This document shows, piece after piece, positions 9,647 through 18,536 of a stretch of 64,000 nucleotides of DNA. The stretch spans positions 1 through 64,000 of IMG/VR virus record IMGVR_UViG_3300046048_000257; one strand, 5' to 3'. Below the pieces are notes generated by a model. It did no database searches, was not told the DNA's origin, and was given only the letters and a program-made list of their open reading frames with translations. A program made the translations under genes and the position numbers. The DNA comes from a virus. Numbering within the stretch: the first letter of the stretch is position 1; the number at the start of each line of letters is the position of its first letter.

Positions 9647-9958
9647 GTGTATCAAGATAGGCGCCGGAGGCTGATGCCTCCAGACTTTTTTGTGGATGAG
9701 CAGCTGGCGCAGTGGCGCTGGGATAGCCATTTATTTGCCGGTGGGCATAAGGATATAGATAAATGGTTTGATGAGCCCTTACACTGTATATGGTGTGGCT
9801 GGCGCCCGCCCTCTGAAATGCCACTGGACCATGCGCACCTGTGCCCGGAAAATCCGGTAATAAAATCCCATGTGCGGGTTATAGGTGATAAACTGGCCAA
9901 GGGTTTAAGTAGCATGATGGCCGATATAAAAGGAGGTGATAGTAATGGCAGAGGATAG
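9647..9958 (+). CDS. small putative Zn-binding protein (paralog of 6126..6389)
   Basis: W..DSH...CIWCG...LCPENP. Confidence 0.55.
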   Translation: MYQDRRRRLMPPDFFVDEQLAQWRWDSHLFAGGHKDIDKWFDEPLHCIWCGWRPPSEMPLDHAHLCPENPVIKSHVRVIGDKLAKGLSSMMADIKGGDSNGRG

Positions 9959-10463
9959 GGCTACCCGATATTACCCGGATGATTTACAGGTAGATAAATT
10001 TAATCTGGCAGAGGAGTGGGAGCGGATGCCTACCCTGTTTATGTACTGGGCTGAGGAGGCTGTATATTCGCAGACTGTGCGGGACCGCATAGCTGAGCAG
10101 TTGAAACTGATGGCCGCCCAGCTGGATAGTGATATACGGATAAACTGGGAGGCGTATGGCTTTCAAAAAGCGCCCACGGAGTCTGCTATAAAGGCGGCCA
10201 TAGAACAGCAGGAAACGTATAAGGCCAAAAAGAAGGAGCTGGCTAATGCCTCAGAGCATGCTAAAATTATGGAGGCTGCCCGCAGCGGTATGGAGCATAA
10301 GCGGCGGGCACTTAATGGGCTCACTGAGTTACAGATAGCTGGGTTTTACGGTGCTAACACAGCGCCTCCAAAGCATGCAGTGGATGCAGCTAAGAAAAAG
10401 CAGGCCGCTCTGGCTGATGAGCTGGAGGGCAAAGATATAAAACCACGTAAACTAAAAACTTAA
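9936..10463 (+). CDS. UvsY-like recombination mediator
   Basis: All-helical; DDLQVDKFNL..EW...P..F..W N-terminus and TESAIKAAI motif; next to SSB and near RecA. Confidence 0.55.
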   Translation: MIVMAEDRATRYYPDDLQVDKFNLAEEWERMPTLFMYWAEEAVYSQTVRDRIAEQLKLMAAQLDSDIRINWEAYGFQKAPTESAIKAAIEQQETYKAKKKELANASEHAKIMEAARSGMEHKRRALNGLTELQIAGFYGANTAPPKHAVDAAKKKQAALADELEGKDIKPRKLKT

Positions 10464-10473
10464 GGAGGATGTT

Positions 10474-11829
10474 ATGCAGCAGCCAGTTAATCCGTATGAT
10501 AGCGCTTTTCAGGAGCGCATGGCAGTAAGTAAGGAGCTGGGTGAGGGCGGAGGCTTAGGATTTTTTAAGGGTAACCTCCAAGGTATTAACTTTTGGAAAT
10601 GCGGGGAGGCGGACCATGATATTGATATTATACCGTATCTGGCCGGACCCTGTGACCCCTACCGTGAGGAGGGTAAGATAACCTATGTGCTGGAGCTATT
10701 TGAGCACCGGGATGTGGGTGGTATTGAGGGCCAGAGTTTTATCTGCATGGAAAAAACGTACATGCGCCGGGGCGCTTTGCCTGATGGCAGGCCGTTTAAG
10801 GGCAGCTGCCCCATATGCCTGCACCGGCAGCAGCTGATACAGGAGGGCGCAGATGAGGACCTGATAAAGGCACTGCGCACCAGCCGGTACCCCCGCAGCA
10901 TTTATAACGTGGTGGTGTATGACTCCGAAACGGAGCAAAACAAAGGTGTGCAGGTATGGCACACCAGCCACTATCTCATGGAGCAGTATCTGCTTAAATT
11001 ATCGGAAAGCAGCAGGCGTGAAATTGAGGGCGGGCTGCCTCCACGTAAGAATTTTATAGACCCCACAGCCGGGTACAGTGTTAAGTTTACCCGCAGCGGC
11101 CAAGGTGTTAATACCCGTTATTATGGGCACACTTTGGTACCCCGCACTTATCAGATAACACAGGCCACGCTGGACCAAGCGCACGTTTTAGATACGCTGA
11201 TACACCTGCCCAGTTTTGAGGAGGTATATACCGCATACTGGGGCCAAGCCCCGCAGGATACCCGTGCAGGTGGCGGCCAGCCCGTGGGCACCCCCATAGC
11301 CCGTGGTACCACACCTCCAGCCACGGGCACTGTGAGCCCACAAAGCAGAGGGGTGCCCACCACCCCGGTGCAGGGGCCCTCAGGGACCCCTGCACCCACG
11401 GTGGGTGGCCGGGCTGCTGTGGTAAATAGGCCGCCAGTTAGGCAGCCGGTAAATATGCCTGCCACTGGAGGCGGGGGTATAGACCCGACCACAGGGCAGG
11501 CATATATGTGCCCCGGTGGTGGCCAGTTTGGAGTAAATACCATGGAGCTGCAACACTGTGAGCAGTGCCACATATTCCAGCCGTGTGTGGATGAAAATGA
11601 GTGGCTGCTGGCTGAGCAAGGTGGGCCCGGAGTGGTGCCACCCAGTCCTGCCTATACACAGCCCTCTGTAAATCCGCCGCCTCCGCCTCCGGGCACAGGT
11701 GGCGGGCCGCCCTCTACCATACCCACTGCTGGTGGTATTAGACGTACACCTGTGGGCACAGGGCGTGGTGAGCCTATGGGTACAGGTGGCACCCCGCCTA
11801 CCCCCGGAGGGCGCCAGATTATAACTTAG
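10474..11829 (+). CDS. gp32-like single-stranded DNA-binding protein with a long Pro/Gly/Thr tail
   Basis: IDIIPY...H...C...CPIC...YNVV...GVQVW...G.SVKFTRSG.G..TRY core; position between UvsY-like and RecA genes. Confidence 0.65.
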   Translation: MQQPVNPYDSAFQERMAVSKELGEGGGLGFFKGNLQGINFWKCGEADHDIDIIPYLAGPCDPYREEGKITYVLELFEHRDVGGIEGQSFICMEKTYMRRGALPDGRPFKGSCPICLHRQQLIQEGADEDLIKALRTSRYPRSIYNVVVYDSETEQNKGVQVWHTSHYLMEQYLLKLSESSRREIEGGLPPRKNFIDPTAGYSVKFTRSGQGVNTRYYGHTLVPRTYQITQATLDQAHVLDTLIHLPSFEEVYTAYWGQAPQDTRAGGGQPVGTPIARGTTPPATGTVSPQSRGVPTTPVQGPSGTPAPTVGGRAAVVNRPPVRQPVNMPATGGGGIDPTTGQAYMCPGGGQFGVNTMELQHCEQCHIFQPCVDENEWLLAEQGGPGVVPPSPAYTQPSVNPPPPPPGTGGGPPSTIPTAGGIRRTPVGTGRGEPMGTGGTPPTPGGRQIIT

Positions 11830-11855
11830 CCTGCTGCTATGCCGGGCAGTAGGCG

Positions 11856-11901
11856 GGCGGGCCGTGGGGTACCTCCTTTTACCTCATAGGGCCCGCCTTT
11901 T
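11856..11901 (+). terminator. hairpin + T-run with an anti-Shine-Dalgarno sequence in the loop
   Basis: GGCGGGCC...ACCTCCTTTT...GGCCCGCC-TTTT. Confidence 0.5.
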
Positions 11902-11903
11902 AA

Positions 11904-11971
11904 GCGGGGGCGTGTAACACGGCCAGAGGCCCCACCTCTGGAGGCCAGTGGAAGTCTGGCACCCCGCTCCA
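11904..11971 (+). ncRNA. tRNA-like element with tRNA-Gly acceptor identity (non-canonical)
   Basis: GCGGGG...CCCCGC-T-CCA acceptor; arm GCCAG-TGGAAGT-CTGGC in the T-arm position; arm CCAGAG-GCCCCAC-CTCTGG; very short D-like arm CGTG-TAA-CACG. Confidence 0.5.
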
Positions 11972-12364
11972 CTTAAAAAGGATAACCACATGGATAAAAA
12001 TAGCATAATCTGTGTAAAGTGTAATGAGTGCTGTAAGTGGATGACCTTTACGCTAAGGCCTGAAACTAAAAGGCTTATGGATAAGTACACTGAGTTTTAT
12101 AAAGCCCGCAGCTGTAAAGTAAAGCAGGCTGTGGGTGGCGCCGATGGTAACCCAGCTTATGTGCTCACTGTGATGGTGCCTTATATGTGTGGGCATTTAA
12201 ACTTAGTAACGGGTATGTGTGATGTTTACGATAGGCGCCCACAGTTATGCCGGGAGTATGATGGCCGCTGGGACCCGGATATGCAGGATATATGCCAGCT
12301 GCCTGTGGAGCCTAACGGAGGCCCTGTGGTGGAGCTAACGGAGGATACAGATGACAAAGCGTAA
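11948..12364 (+). CDS. YkgJ-family (CxxCxxCC) Zn/Fe-S cluster protein; true start probably the ATG at 11990
   Basis: CVKCNECC...CGHL...CDVYDRRPQLCREY. Confidence 0.8.
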   Translation: MEVWHPAPLKKDNHMDKNSIICVKCNECCKWMTFTLRPETKRLMDKYTEFYKARSCKVKQAVGGADGNPAYVLTVMVPYMCGHLNLVTGMCDVYDRRPQLCREYDGRWDPDMQDICQLPVEPNGGPVVELTEDTDDKA

Positions 12365-13487
12365 GCTGGTGGATGATAAGGGCCCAGTAATAGGTGGCCG
12401 CAGAGCAGATGACCCGGCGCCTGAGCCTGCCCCAGTGCAGGATAGGCCCACCATGATGGCAGCAGATGTGGAGGCCGCTATAAACAGCTCTGTGTGCAGA
12501 GCGGATACCATAAATGAGGGTGATTTTAAACGTGGTGTGCTTAGCACTGGCAGCACGTTGCTTGACTGTGCCATTTCAAGTGAGCGCATATACGGCGGAG
12601 GGGTGCCCGCAGGCGTAATACTGGAAATATATGGGCCCAGTAGCAGCGGGAAAACCGCTATACTGGCGGAGCTGGCTGCCAGTGCTAAGTTTAAGGGCGG
12701 AGGTGCCCGCTTTGATGACCCGGAGGGTAGGCTGGATACTAAGTATGCTGAGCAGTGTGGGCTCATTTTAGGTAAAAATGAGTATGGGCGCCCGGATACT
12801 GTGGAGGACCTTTTTGAGGGGCTGGAAAAATGGGCCCCAAAAGGCAAAAAGGGTGCGCTGCATGTAAGCTGTGAGGATAGCATAGCGGCTTTTAGCACAC
12901 GGGCGGAAATGGCGGACCCTAACATGGAGTATGCTGCGGCTAAGCGGGCACAGAAATACCACCAAGGCTTTAGGACCTTAGGGCGCCGGATAGCTCAGGA
13001 GGGGTGGATAATTGCATGCAGTAACCATGAGCTGCAAAATTTTGAAACTGGGGCTAAAACCACACCGGGTGGTAATGCGTTAAAATACTGGGCCAGTATT
13101 AGGCTGCGGATAGCCAAGGCTTTCAGGCAGGGTGATATTGAGCGCTCATGGAAAATAAGCAGTGCCACTGTTAAGCGTGTTATAGGTATCCGCTCTGATG
13201 TGAAAGTGGTTAAAAACAGCTGTGGGCAGCCATTTAGGGAGGCCCCGGTGTTTATCATTTTTGGTAAAGGCGTGGATGATGTGCGGGGTAACTTGTGGTG
13301 GCTTAAAACTACACTGGGCACAGAAAAATATGACTGTATGGATAAGGAGTACAGTGATATTTATGCAGCCATTAAGTATGTGGAGGATAATGGCTTAGAG
13401 GCTCCGCTGCGTGATAAAGTGATAAAACTGTGGAATACCATAGACCTGCACTTTACAGATGACCGTAAACCTAAAGTGAGGTTTTGA
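12351..13487 (+). CDS. recA: RecA/UvsX recombinase
   Basis: STGSTLLD..., GGGVPAG.ILEIYGPSSSGKT, DSIAA, TTPGGNALKYWASIRL, VKVVKN. Confidence 0.93.
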   Translation: MTKRKLVDDKGPVIGGRRADDPAPEPAPVQDRPTMMAADVEAAINSSVCRADTINEGDFKRGVLSTGSTLLDCAISSERIYGGGVPAGVILEIYGPSSSGKTAILAELAASAKFKGGGARFDDPEGRLDTKYAEQCGLILGKNEYGRPDTVEDLFEGLEKWAPKGKKGALHVSCEDSIAAFSTRAEMADPNMEYAAAKRAQKYHQGFRTLGRRIAQEGWIIACSNHELQNFETGAKTTPGGNALKYWASIRLRIAKAFRQGDIERSWKISSATVKRVIGIRSDVKVVKNSCGQPFREAPVFIIFGKGVDDVRGNLWWLKTTLGTEKYDCMDKEYSDIYAAIKYVEDNGLEAPLRDKVIKLWNTIDLHFTDDRKPKVRF

Positions 13488-13488
13488 A

Positions 13489-13743
13489 ATGAGCAGAGAT
13501 ATTTTAGCTTTGTGTTTTGATGAGCTAACGGAGGCCCATGAGGCATTAGATGCTTATATGGTAAAGGTGGTATGCCCTAAATGTTATAGGGTATTACGGA
13601 TACACCCACCTATGCAGCAAAAAACAATAGAGGCACAGTGCCCTGTGTGTGAGTGTACTTTTTATATGGGTGCCATGTATGTGGCTAATCTGTGCCCACA
13701 CGAATTATGGGCGGCCATAGATAGGGCCCGGCAGGCTGTGTGA
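13489..13743 (+). CDS. Zn-ribbon protein
   Basis: CPKC...CPVC. Confidence 0.55.
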   Translation: MSRDILALCFDELTEAHEALDAYMVKVVCPKCYRVLRIHPPMQQKTIEAQCPVCECTFYMGAMYVANLCPHELWAAIDRARQAV

Positions 13744-13749
13744 GGGTAC

Positions 13750-13980
13750 ATGAGTATATGGAAACCATATTTTAATAAGTTACAAGGTGACCAGTGCGCC
13801 TGTGGGCGGCTTAAGGCACGCAAAATGAGCTTTTGCCGGGACTGTTACCATATGCTGCCTGCTGGTGCCCAGCGTGCGCTGTACCGCAGAATAGGTGAGG
13901 GTTATGAGGAGGCCTATGACCATGCGGTGGAAATATTAACCATAAGGGAGCGCATAAAAAAGGAGGTGCCTGATGATTAA
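13750..13980 (+). CDS. small Zn-finger protein
   Basis: CACG...FCRDCY..LP. Confidence 0.55.
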   Translation: MSIWKPYFNKLQGDQCACGRLKARKMSFCRDCYHMLPAGAQRALYRRIGEGYEEAYDHAVEILTIRERIKKEVPDD

Positions 13981-14099
13981 CTTTAATATACTGGTGCTGG
14001 GTATAAGTGCGGTGGTTTTAATAATTTTGTGGGCCGGTAACAGGACTGTAACTAATAGGCGTAAGCGGGCGCTTAAGCGCAGGCTGGAGGAGGTACTTA

Positions 14100-14363
14100 A
14101 TGGAAACAGATAAGCCCATGGGCCCCACGGATGCCATAGATTATGAGCCACAGAGGCCAGCTGATGCTGTGGGAGCTGCCCGTGCTAAGTTTGCAGAGGA
14201 ACTGGAAAAGGCCGCTAATGAGCTATACAAAAAAACCGGCTTTGTGGTTACTGCCTGCACCCTCCAGTATCATGTGCAGCGGAAAATAGGTAACGTGGGT
14301 GTGGCTAACGTGAGAGTGCATGCGCTGGATGTGGAGGTACTTATGCCGGAGGATGTGCTATGA
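14100..14363 (+). CDS. hypothetical protein
   Basis: GGAGG RBS; ATGA coupling to the next gene. Confidence 0.5.
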   Translation: METDKPMGPTDAIDYEPQRPADAVGAARAKFAEELEKAANELYKKTGFVVTACTLQYHVQRKIGNVGVANVRVHALDVEVLMPEDVL

Positions 14364-15268
14364 GGGTGCTTATAGTGGATGCTATGAATATAGGGCATAT
14401 CATGTTCCACTCTATGGGTGAGCTGGACTTTCACGGGAGGTACACGGGTGTGATTTTTGGTTTTTTAGCAAAGGTACTCCAGCTGGCGGAGCGCTTTAAT
14501 ACTAAGCATTTTGTTTTTGCATGGGATAGCCAGCAAAGCCTCCGGCGCCATGTATATGAGGCCTATAAGGACCGGGAGCGGGGCACTAAAGTAGTTAGGG
14601 GCACAGGTGAGGTAATAGATTACCAAGCCCTCCATGACCAGATGCAGGAGCTGTATAACCCGGTGCTGGGCAGACTGGGCTTTGTAAACGTGATACGCTG
14701 GACCGGGCTGGAGGCAGATGATGTAATAGGCGCCGTGGTTAAATATGGGCAGGTCCACCCTGCATACAGTAATGGTGATAATATTGAGTGGGTGATAGTG
14801 AGCACAGACCGTGACCTGTACCAGCTGCTGGGCTCTGCTGTGCGGATGTATAACGTGAGTAAAAAGGAGGAGTACACGGAGCGCCATTTTAAGGATGAGT
14901 ACGGAATAGAGCCCAGCCAGTGGGTGGAGGCCAAGGCCATGGGTGGGTGTTATACTGATAATATAGCAGGTATCAGCGGCATAGCGGACCCGGCCAAAAG
15001 CACAAAAAGCCGGGCCCTTAAAATATTGAGGGGTGAGCTAAAGGATGGCTATTATGTGGAGCAGGTAAACAGCCAGCTGGGCCAGTTTGTGATTAATCGT
15101 AACCGCCTGCTGGTGCAGCTGCCTTTTATGCCTAAAATGCCGGTGGTACTGCCTGATATGTTTAACCGGGCTGCCTTTTTGGAGCTATTTGACCAGCTGG
15201 GCTTTACCTCATTTTTAAAGCCTGAGCGGTGGAAAAAATGGGAGGATTATTTTGAGCTGGCTAAGTGA
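14360..15268 (+). CDS. 5'-3' exonuclease / flap endonuclease (T4 RNase H or PolI N-terminal type)
   Basis: LIVDAMN, FAWD, YK..R, EADDVIG, STDRDLYQL, DNIAGISGI. Confidence 0.9.
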   Translation: MRVLIVDAMNIGHIMFHSMGELDFHGRYTGVIFGFLAKVLQLAERFNTKHFVFAWDSQQSLRRHVYEAYKDRERGTKVVRGTGEVIDYQALHDQMQELYNPVLGRLGFVNVIRWTGLEADDVIGAVVKYGQVHPAYSNGDNIEWVIVSTDRDLYQLLGSAVRMYNVSKKEEYTERHFKDEYGIEPSQWVEAKAMGGCYTDNIAGISGIADPAKSTKSRALKILRGELKDGYYVEQVNSQLGQFVINRNRLLVQLPFMPKMPVVLPDMFNRAAFLELFDQLGFTSFLKPERWKKWEDYFELAK

Positions 15269-15569
15269 AAAAGCAAAAAGTGTACTGGGCTTTATGGGCT
15301 TTAGTAGGGAGCTGCCTTTAATGGAGCCCAGCATGATAAGCGGAGTGCATGTGGATATAGAGCTGGATATTACCTGTAACAGCATGAGCCTCACTGAGGC
15401 GCTGCTTACAGTGGCTGAGCTAAAAAGCCACATAGATGCACTGCCCGGTGTTAAAAGTGCGCATATACGGCCTCTGGTGGAGTTAAATGGGCTATTATGG
15501 GAGGGCAGTGAGCCCGTAACCAGAGGGGTGCTGTTTAAATTACAGGAGGATGCAGATGGCAAAAGGTGA
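15252..15569 (+). CDS. hypothetical protein
   Basis: GGAGG RBS; operon context. Confidence 0.45.
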   Translation: MSWLSEKAKSVLGFMGFSRELPLMEPSMISGVHVDIELDITCNSMSLTEALLTVAELKSHIDALPGVKSAHIRPLVELNGLLWEGSEPVTRGVLFKLQEDADGKR

Positions 15570-16200
15570 CCAGTGGGAACGGGACTTAAGTAAGTGGATG
15601 AGTCTGTGGTGGACTGAGGGGCACCGTGATGATGTTATATGGCGGGTGCGGGCCTCCGGCAGCCGGGCCACCTCCAGAGCCAAAAAAGGTAAGGCCACGG
15701 CTGGTGGTGCTGGTGACCTGAAAGCTGAGGATATTATAGCCCAGCCACTTTTTGATTACTGGCTGGCAGAGGCTAAGCGTGGGTATGATGTTAAAAAGGG
15801 TAAAAAAACCCGTAATAATGAAAGCATAAACGTGCTGTACTGGCTGGATAAGCCGCATGGCACTAAACACCCCCGGCTGTATCAGTGGTGGCTGGAGGCG
15901 GATGCCAAAAGGAAACAGCAGGGCCGCTTTGAGGCAGTAATAATATTTAGGCGGACCGGTAAGCGTGCTGTAATAATGATGAGGGCGCAGGCTTTTGGTG
16001 ACCTGCACCACTGGTGTGGTAATTATGAGGGCATTACCATAGATATTAGATATGGAAACACGTGGGAGCAGGGGGCTTTTACTTTGTTAGATTTAGAGGA
16101 CTTTTTTGCATGGTGCAGCCCGGAGTCTATAAAGCAGGCTCTGGCTGAGCGCCAGCAGGGGGTGGTAAATGTACGGCCAAAGCGGGTGCTCATAATGTAA
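15550..16200 (+). CDS. PD-(D/E)XK Holliday junction resolvase-like nuclease
   Basis: KG..WER, SG, GDL and EAKR motifs of Hjc-like resolvases. Confidence 0.7.
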   Translation: MQMAKGDQWERDLSKWMSLWWTEGHRDDVIWRVRASGSRATSRAKKGKATAGGAGDLKAEDIIAQPLFDYWLAEAKRGYDVKKGKKTRNNESINVLYWLDKPHGTKHPRLYQWWLEADAKRKQQGRFEAVIIFRRTGKRAVIMMRAQAFGDLHHWCGNYEGITIDIRYGNTWEQGAFTLLDLEDFFAWCSPESIKQALAERQQGVVNVRPKRVLIM

Positions 16201-16212
16201 AGGAGGTAAATT

Positions 16213-16695
16213 ATGGGGTGGATACTGATAGTGGCTGCGGCATTTTTTGCAGGCACTTTAGTGGGCTCAATTACTATGAGCCTTATGTGGCATAGTAAAT
16301 ATGAGCGTGAGCTGGGTGGCCATATAATGAGCCTACTGGACTGGGTGGAGCGGATGTATAACCGTGGCAGATTACTGGAGGCGATAGCTGAAACCAGAGC
16401 TTACTGGGACTTAAAAACACAGGAGGGTAACATGGCACGTATTGAAGTATTAGAAAATAAACGGGCGCCGCAGAGCATATGCCCGCACTGTAAAGGGCTG
16501 CTGTATCTGGACCTGAGCTTATTTGAAAATGATGTGAGCAAGATAGTGGAAAGCAAGTGCCCTAAATGCGGCGGTACAATATTCACAGCTTTGCTGATAT
16601 TAACCCACCCACAGATACATGGGCTGGCCCGGACCATAGCCAGTATAGTGGAGCAGATAGATGAGGGTAAGCGCCACCTGCTGGGAGGTAACTGA
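16213..16695 (+). CDS. N-terminal TM segment + Zn-ribbon protein (possible internal start near 16431)
   Basis: Hydrophobic N-terminus; CPHC...CPKC; internal AGGAGG RBS. Confidence 0.5.
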   Translation: MGWILIVAAAFFAGTLVGSITMSLMWHSKYERELGGHIMSLLDWVERMYNRGRLLEAIAETRAYWDLKTQEGNMARIEVLENKRAPQSICPHCKGLLYLDLSLFENDVSKIVESKCPKCGGTIFTALLILTHPQIHGLARTIASIVEQIDEGKRHLLGGN

Positions 16696-16970
16696 TGGAT
16701 ATATGGGGTAACATTTACATAGGTAAGCGCTGGGTGGAGGATGATGGTACACCGGGCTGCGAGATACAAAACAGTAAGGAGTGGCATGTAAAAACCTCCA
16801 CTAAAATAAAAGTGGAGCCCACCCCGGAGTTTAGGCTGCAATTTATGCAGCTGGGCACAGAGTGCGCCAAAATAATAGCCATGCAGCTGGAGCAGATGCG
16901 TGATGAGCTGCTGTATTTAGCTGAGTACGGTATAAAGGAGGCCGGTACTGATGAAACGAAAAAAGGCTAA
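16695..16970 (+). CDS. hypothetical protein
   Basis: RBS and translational coupling. Confidence 0.45.
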   Translation: MDIWGNIYIGKRWVEDDGTPGCEIQNSKEWHVKTSTKIKVEPTPEFRLQFMQLGTECAKIIAMQLEQMRDELLYLAEYGIKEAGTDETKKG

Positions 16971-17259
16971 GACTTTCAGGCTGGATATGGATAAGCCTGC
17001 CACTGGCGCCGGGCCGGAATATGGGGCCCAGCCGGATAAAAAGGTGGTAAAAATCAGGCCGTTTAAGGCTAAAAACGATATAAACCGGTACCCGGTGCGC
17101 AAGGGCCAAGGCGTGACCATTAACGGGTGGCAGTTTGAAGTAAAAACCATACAGCCTAATGGGATGCTGTACCTTAGGCCCATAGGGTTTATTATTGAGG
17201 ACCTAACACGGGGCCCAGTGGCGGCAGCCCTTAAGCCGGAGGCACAGGCTGATGATTAA
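16951..17259 (+). CDS. hypothetical basic protein
   Basis: AAGGAGG RBS. Confidence 0.45.
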   Translation: MKRKKAKTFRLDMDKPATGAGPEYGAQPDKKVVKIRPFKAKNDINRYPVRKGQGVTINGWQFEVKTIQPNGMLYLRPIGFIIEDLTRGPVAAALKPEAQADD

Positions 17260-18223
17260 TAAAATAATGATAAAAAATTTTAGGAGCCATGAGCACACGG
17301 TAATAGAGCTGCATGAGCATGTTAACGTGATAGTGGGTAAGGGCCAAGCTGGTAAAAGCAATATAAAGCGGGCTGTGGAGTGGGTAAGCACTAACCGCCC
17401 GCTGGGCGCCGCTTTTATAAGCTGGTGGGCTAACGGTGAGCCCTGTGCTGTGCAGATAGGTCTAACTAACCCGGATGGCGCTTACACGGTGACCATGACC
17501 AAAACAGGTGAGGGCTCAGCTGAGTATAAGGTGGATGGACCCGGATGGCGTGAGCCTCAGGTGTTTAGCTCAGTGGGCACAAAGGTGCCTGATTTAGTGC
17601 GCCGGATACTTAATATGGATACAGTAAACATGCAGGACCAGCTGGACCAGCCATATCTGGTGGTGGGCAGCAAGGGTGATATAAGCCGGGCTGTTAACCG
17701 GGTAATAGAGGCTGAGGTGGCTGATAAGTGGCTTATGGAGTTAAATAGCCGGGATACACGTAACCGGCAGACCATTAAAGCGCTGGAGGCTGTAATAGAC
17801 CAGCAGCAGACTAATGCCAATTTACTGGCCCCTGTGCTCACAGCGGAGGAGTTTATAGTGCAGGCAGAGCTGGCGGATACCCGGTTGACTGTGGCATATA
17901 ACCGGGCTCAGGGTATAGAGCAGCTGCTGGATAGCTTAAAACAGGCTGAGGCCGTGGTGACTGGTTTAGCTAATGTGGTAGGGCCTCTGGAGCAGATGGT
18001 AAACATGGCAGAGGCGGTACAGGCTGAGATAGGCGCAGCCGTGGCCCAGTTAGTGGCCATAGATGGCTGGTGGCGCTCTGAGCAGGCTGTAAATGAGCTG
18101 GCTGGCCAGTACCAGAGGGTGGTGGCAGAATACGTGCAATTATTGGAGCAGCTGGGCCAGTGCCCCACATGCCTGAGCCCGGTGGATGAGCAGATGATAG
18201 CACAGCTTAAGGAGGAGCTATGA
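17252..18223 (+). CDS. sbcC: SbcC/Rad50-like ATPase, N-terminal half (Walker A to Zn hook)
   Basis: IKNFRSH, GKGQAGKSNI, Q-loop QDQLD, coiled coil, CPTC hook near the C-terminus. Confidence 0.85.
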   Translation: MINKIMIKNFRSHEHTVIELHEHVNVIVGKGQAGKSNIKRAVEWVSTNRPLGAAFISWWANGEPCAVQIGLTNPDGAYTVTMTKTGEGSAEYKVDGPGWREPQVFSSVGTKVPDLVRRILNMDTVNMQDQLDQPYLVVGSKGDISRAVNRVIEAEVADKWLMELNSRDTRNRQTIKALEAVIDQQQTNANLLAPVLTAEEFIVQAELADTRLTVAYNRAQGIEQLLDSLKQAEAVVTGLANVVGPLEQMVNMAEAVQAEIGAAVAQLVAIDGWWRSEQAVNELAGQYQRVVAEYVQLLEQLGQCPTCLSPVDEQMIAQLKEEL

Positions 18224-18536
18224 GCGTGAGGTGTAAAAAAATAATTAGATGCCTAAATATGGATTTAGATTTAGTTTTACTGGGCATGTGCGCCATGAGC
18301 GTACTTTTGTGGGTACTGCTGGCGGGCTGCGCCACTAAGGTGGGCTGGGGTGAGGGTGATACCATGCTGCGCCAGTATCCTGTGCCCATAGAGTTTTACA
18401 TAGCGGAGGGCGCTACTAATAACACGCAGTGAGTGTATATTTATGTAACCGCTTCCGTGCCGAAGCATATAAGCCCTGAGGGTGAGGTAAATTTACCGGG
18501 TGCCCAGCCGGGGATAATAACAAAGTGAGGCGCTGA

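Noticed and set aside
11904-11971. Canonical tRNA or tRNA-Sec gene
   Set aside because: Lacks U8/A14, the D-loop GG, U33 and TTC; has no UCA anticodon or long variable arm; kept only as tRNA-like
18430-18536. Twister-ribozyme-like words in the gap before sbcD
   Set aside because: The required GC pseudoknot partner and P1 stem could not be built; the resemblance is superficial
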